Origin: Bacilli bacterium
GTDB taxonomy: Bacteria > Bacillota_I > Bacilli_A > RFN20 > UBA1709
Direction of reading: 5' to 3'
Length of the DNA stretch: 64,000 nucleotides
NCBI GenBank assembly: GCA_050949315.1
Contig: JBMNFL010000001.1
Coordinates: forward strand, 96,001 to 160,000
A program made the translations under genes and the position numbers. The notes under the pieces were generated by a model. It made no database searches. It saw nothing but the letters and a program-made list of their open reading frames with translations, and was not told the origin of the DNA. Shown in pieces: positions 63,189-64,000 of this stretch (position 1 is its first letter; each line of letters opens with the position of its first letter).

Positions 63189-63746
63189 ATGCTTTACGAT
63201 AAACAATTACGGAAATTTCTGGAGCGTTATCCTGCCAGTCAATTACAAGATGTTTTCAAATTCTTCTATCAATCAATTCTGGGACCGGGGCATTTAATTG
63301 CCAGCTATCGGGATGCTTTAGAACTTTTAAAAGCCGAATGTCAAGACCTGCGTTTTATTTTCACCACACTTGAAGAGCCTTTGACTGAGGAGTTAGGTAA
63401 CGATACTATTCGGGTGAATCTTAGGCCTTATGCCTATAAAAAGTATCCCCTAGAAGTTTTGGCTCAGACTTTTTATGACTCTCAGCCTTTATATAGCACG
63501 AATCCACAGGATTTATTAGAGGCTTTGGAGGAAAATCGGGTGTCTATTTCTATCCTATTTGAGCGTTATAGCGATCAGGAGTTTGAAAGTCTTCTTCTAA
63601 CTTTAAAAGAATTTGGTTGTAAGCCATTTTCTCATTCCTTAAATTATCGCAATAATTATCAGCCACATTATCGTATTGTTAAAAAGAGTGTTTTTTTAAA
63701 ACACTTAGGAAAAGTTGAAGTTGTTAAACCAACAAATAAAATGTAG
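63189..63746 (+). CDS. Conserved hypothetical protein
   Basis: D..KF.YQ...GPGH, RVNL, HS..YR..Y.P.YR.V motifs; stop codon lies within the IS end. Confidence 0.7.
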   Translation: MLYDKQLRKFLERYPASQLQDVFKFFYQSILGPGHLIASYRDALELLKAECQDLRFIFTTLEEPLTEELGNDTIRVNLRPYAYKKYPLEVLAQTFYDSQPLYSTNPQDLLEALEENRVSISILFERYSDQEFESLLLTLKEFGCKPFSHSLNYRNNYQPHYRIVKKSVFLKHLGKVEVVKPTNKM

Positions 63747-64000
63747 TGTGATAAAACATATGTTACAGAAATAAATAAAAAAAGAGAGAGACTCTGGTAC
63801 AATAAGTTTATCCAAAAAAAGGTACCGAAAGGAGCTCTCTCATGACTAGTATAACCGAAGAAATGCGCTTTCGCCAGAAAATGTGTGAATATGCGCTCAA
63901 AAATGGTGTAACAAGAGCCGCAAGGCGTTATCACACCAACCGTCAGTTTGTTTATAGGCAATTAAACAAATATGATGGGGACATCAGAAGTCTTGCCTTA
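63742..64000 (+). mobile_element. IS481-family-like insertion sequence, left end (truncated by window)
   Basis: Begins 5'-TGT (TGTAGTGTGATAAAACATATGTTAC), followed by a transposase ORF with N-terminal HTH. Confidence 0.75.
63842..64000 (+). CDS. IS481-like DDE transposase, N-terminal fragment (not in ORF track)
   Basis: MTSITEEMRFRQKMCEYALKNGVTRAARRYHTNRQFVYRQLNKYDGDIRSLAL; AAAGGAG RBS. Confidence 0.8.
   Translation, partial: MTSITEEMRFRQKMCEYALKNGVTRAARRYHTNRQFVYRQLNKYDGDIRSLAL

Noticed and set aside
63668-63961. 97 aa minus-strand ORF
   Set aside because: Antisense to the IS end and transposase start; no recognisable motif

Overview
Mostly core chromosome of a low-GC Bacilli lineage using genetic code 11 (TGA serves as stop). 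The lineage looks reduced and is possibly wall-less (Erysipelotrichales/RFN20/Acholeplasma-like; this is inference). In order, the window holds: hrcA(partial)-grpE-dnaK-dnaJ-clpB with a CIRCE, an ABC exporter, mnmA-recD2, T-box-alaS-ruvX-DUF1292-greA, comEA-comEC-holA-fmt-lepA-pepP, rnpB-pgsA-cinA-recA, recU/nth/dnaD, two tRNA-Arg genes, mscL, tldD/pmbA, ybeY-cdd-era-recO-glyQS-dnaG-rpoD-trmK-cshB, a cre-controlled atoDAEB-like operon, ccpA-tyrS, tex, rpsU-phoH and cls. An IS481-like element is cut by the right edge. Two AT-rich single-gene islets stand out. The first is an AlbA_2(Schlafen)-HATPase_c_4-HTH gene whose promoter carries three 12-bp repeats; these recur in inverted orientation inside the gene, where they encode the tetrapeptide-repeat linker before the HTH. 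The second is an AAA_14/DUF4143 gene between two tRNA-Arg genes, with three iteron-like repeats of 23-bp period next to its promoter. Several peptidoglycan/division genes are missing from their usual syntenic positions. All family calls come from motif recognition by eye; no searches were run.
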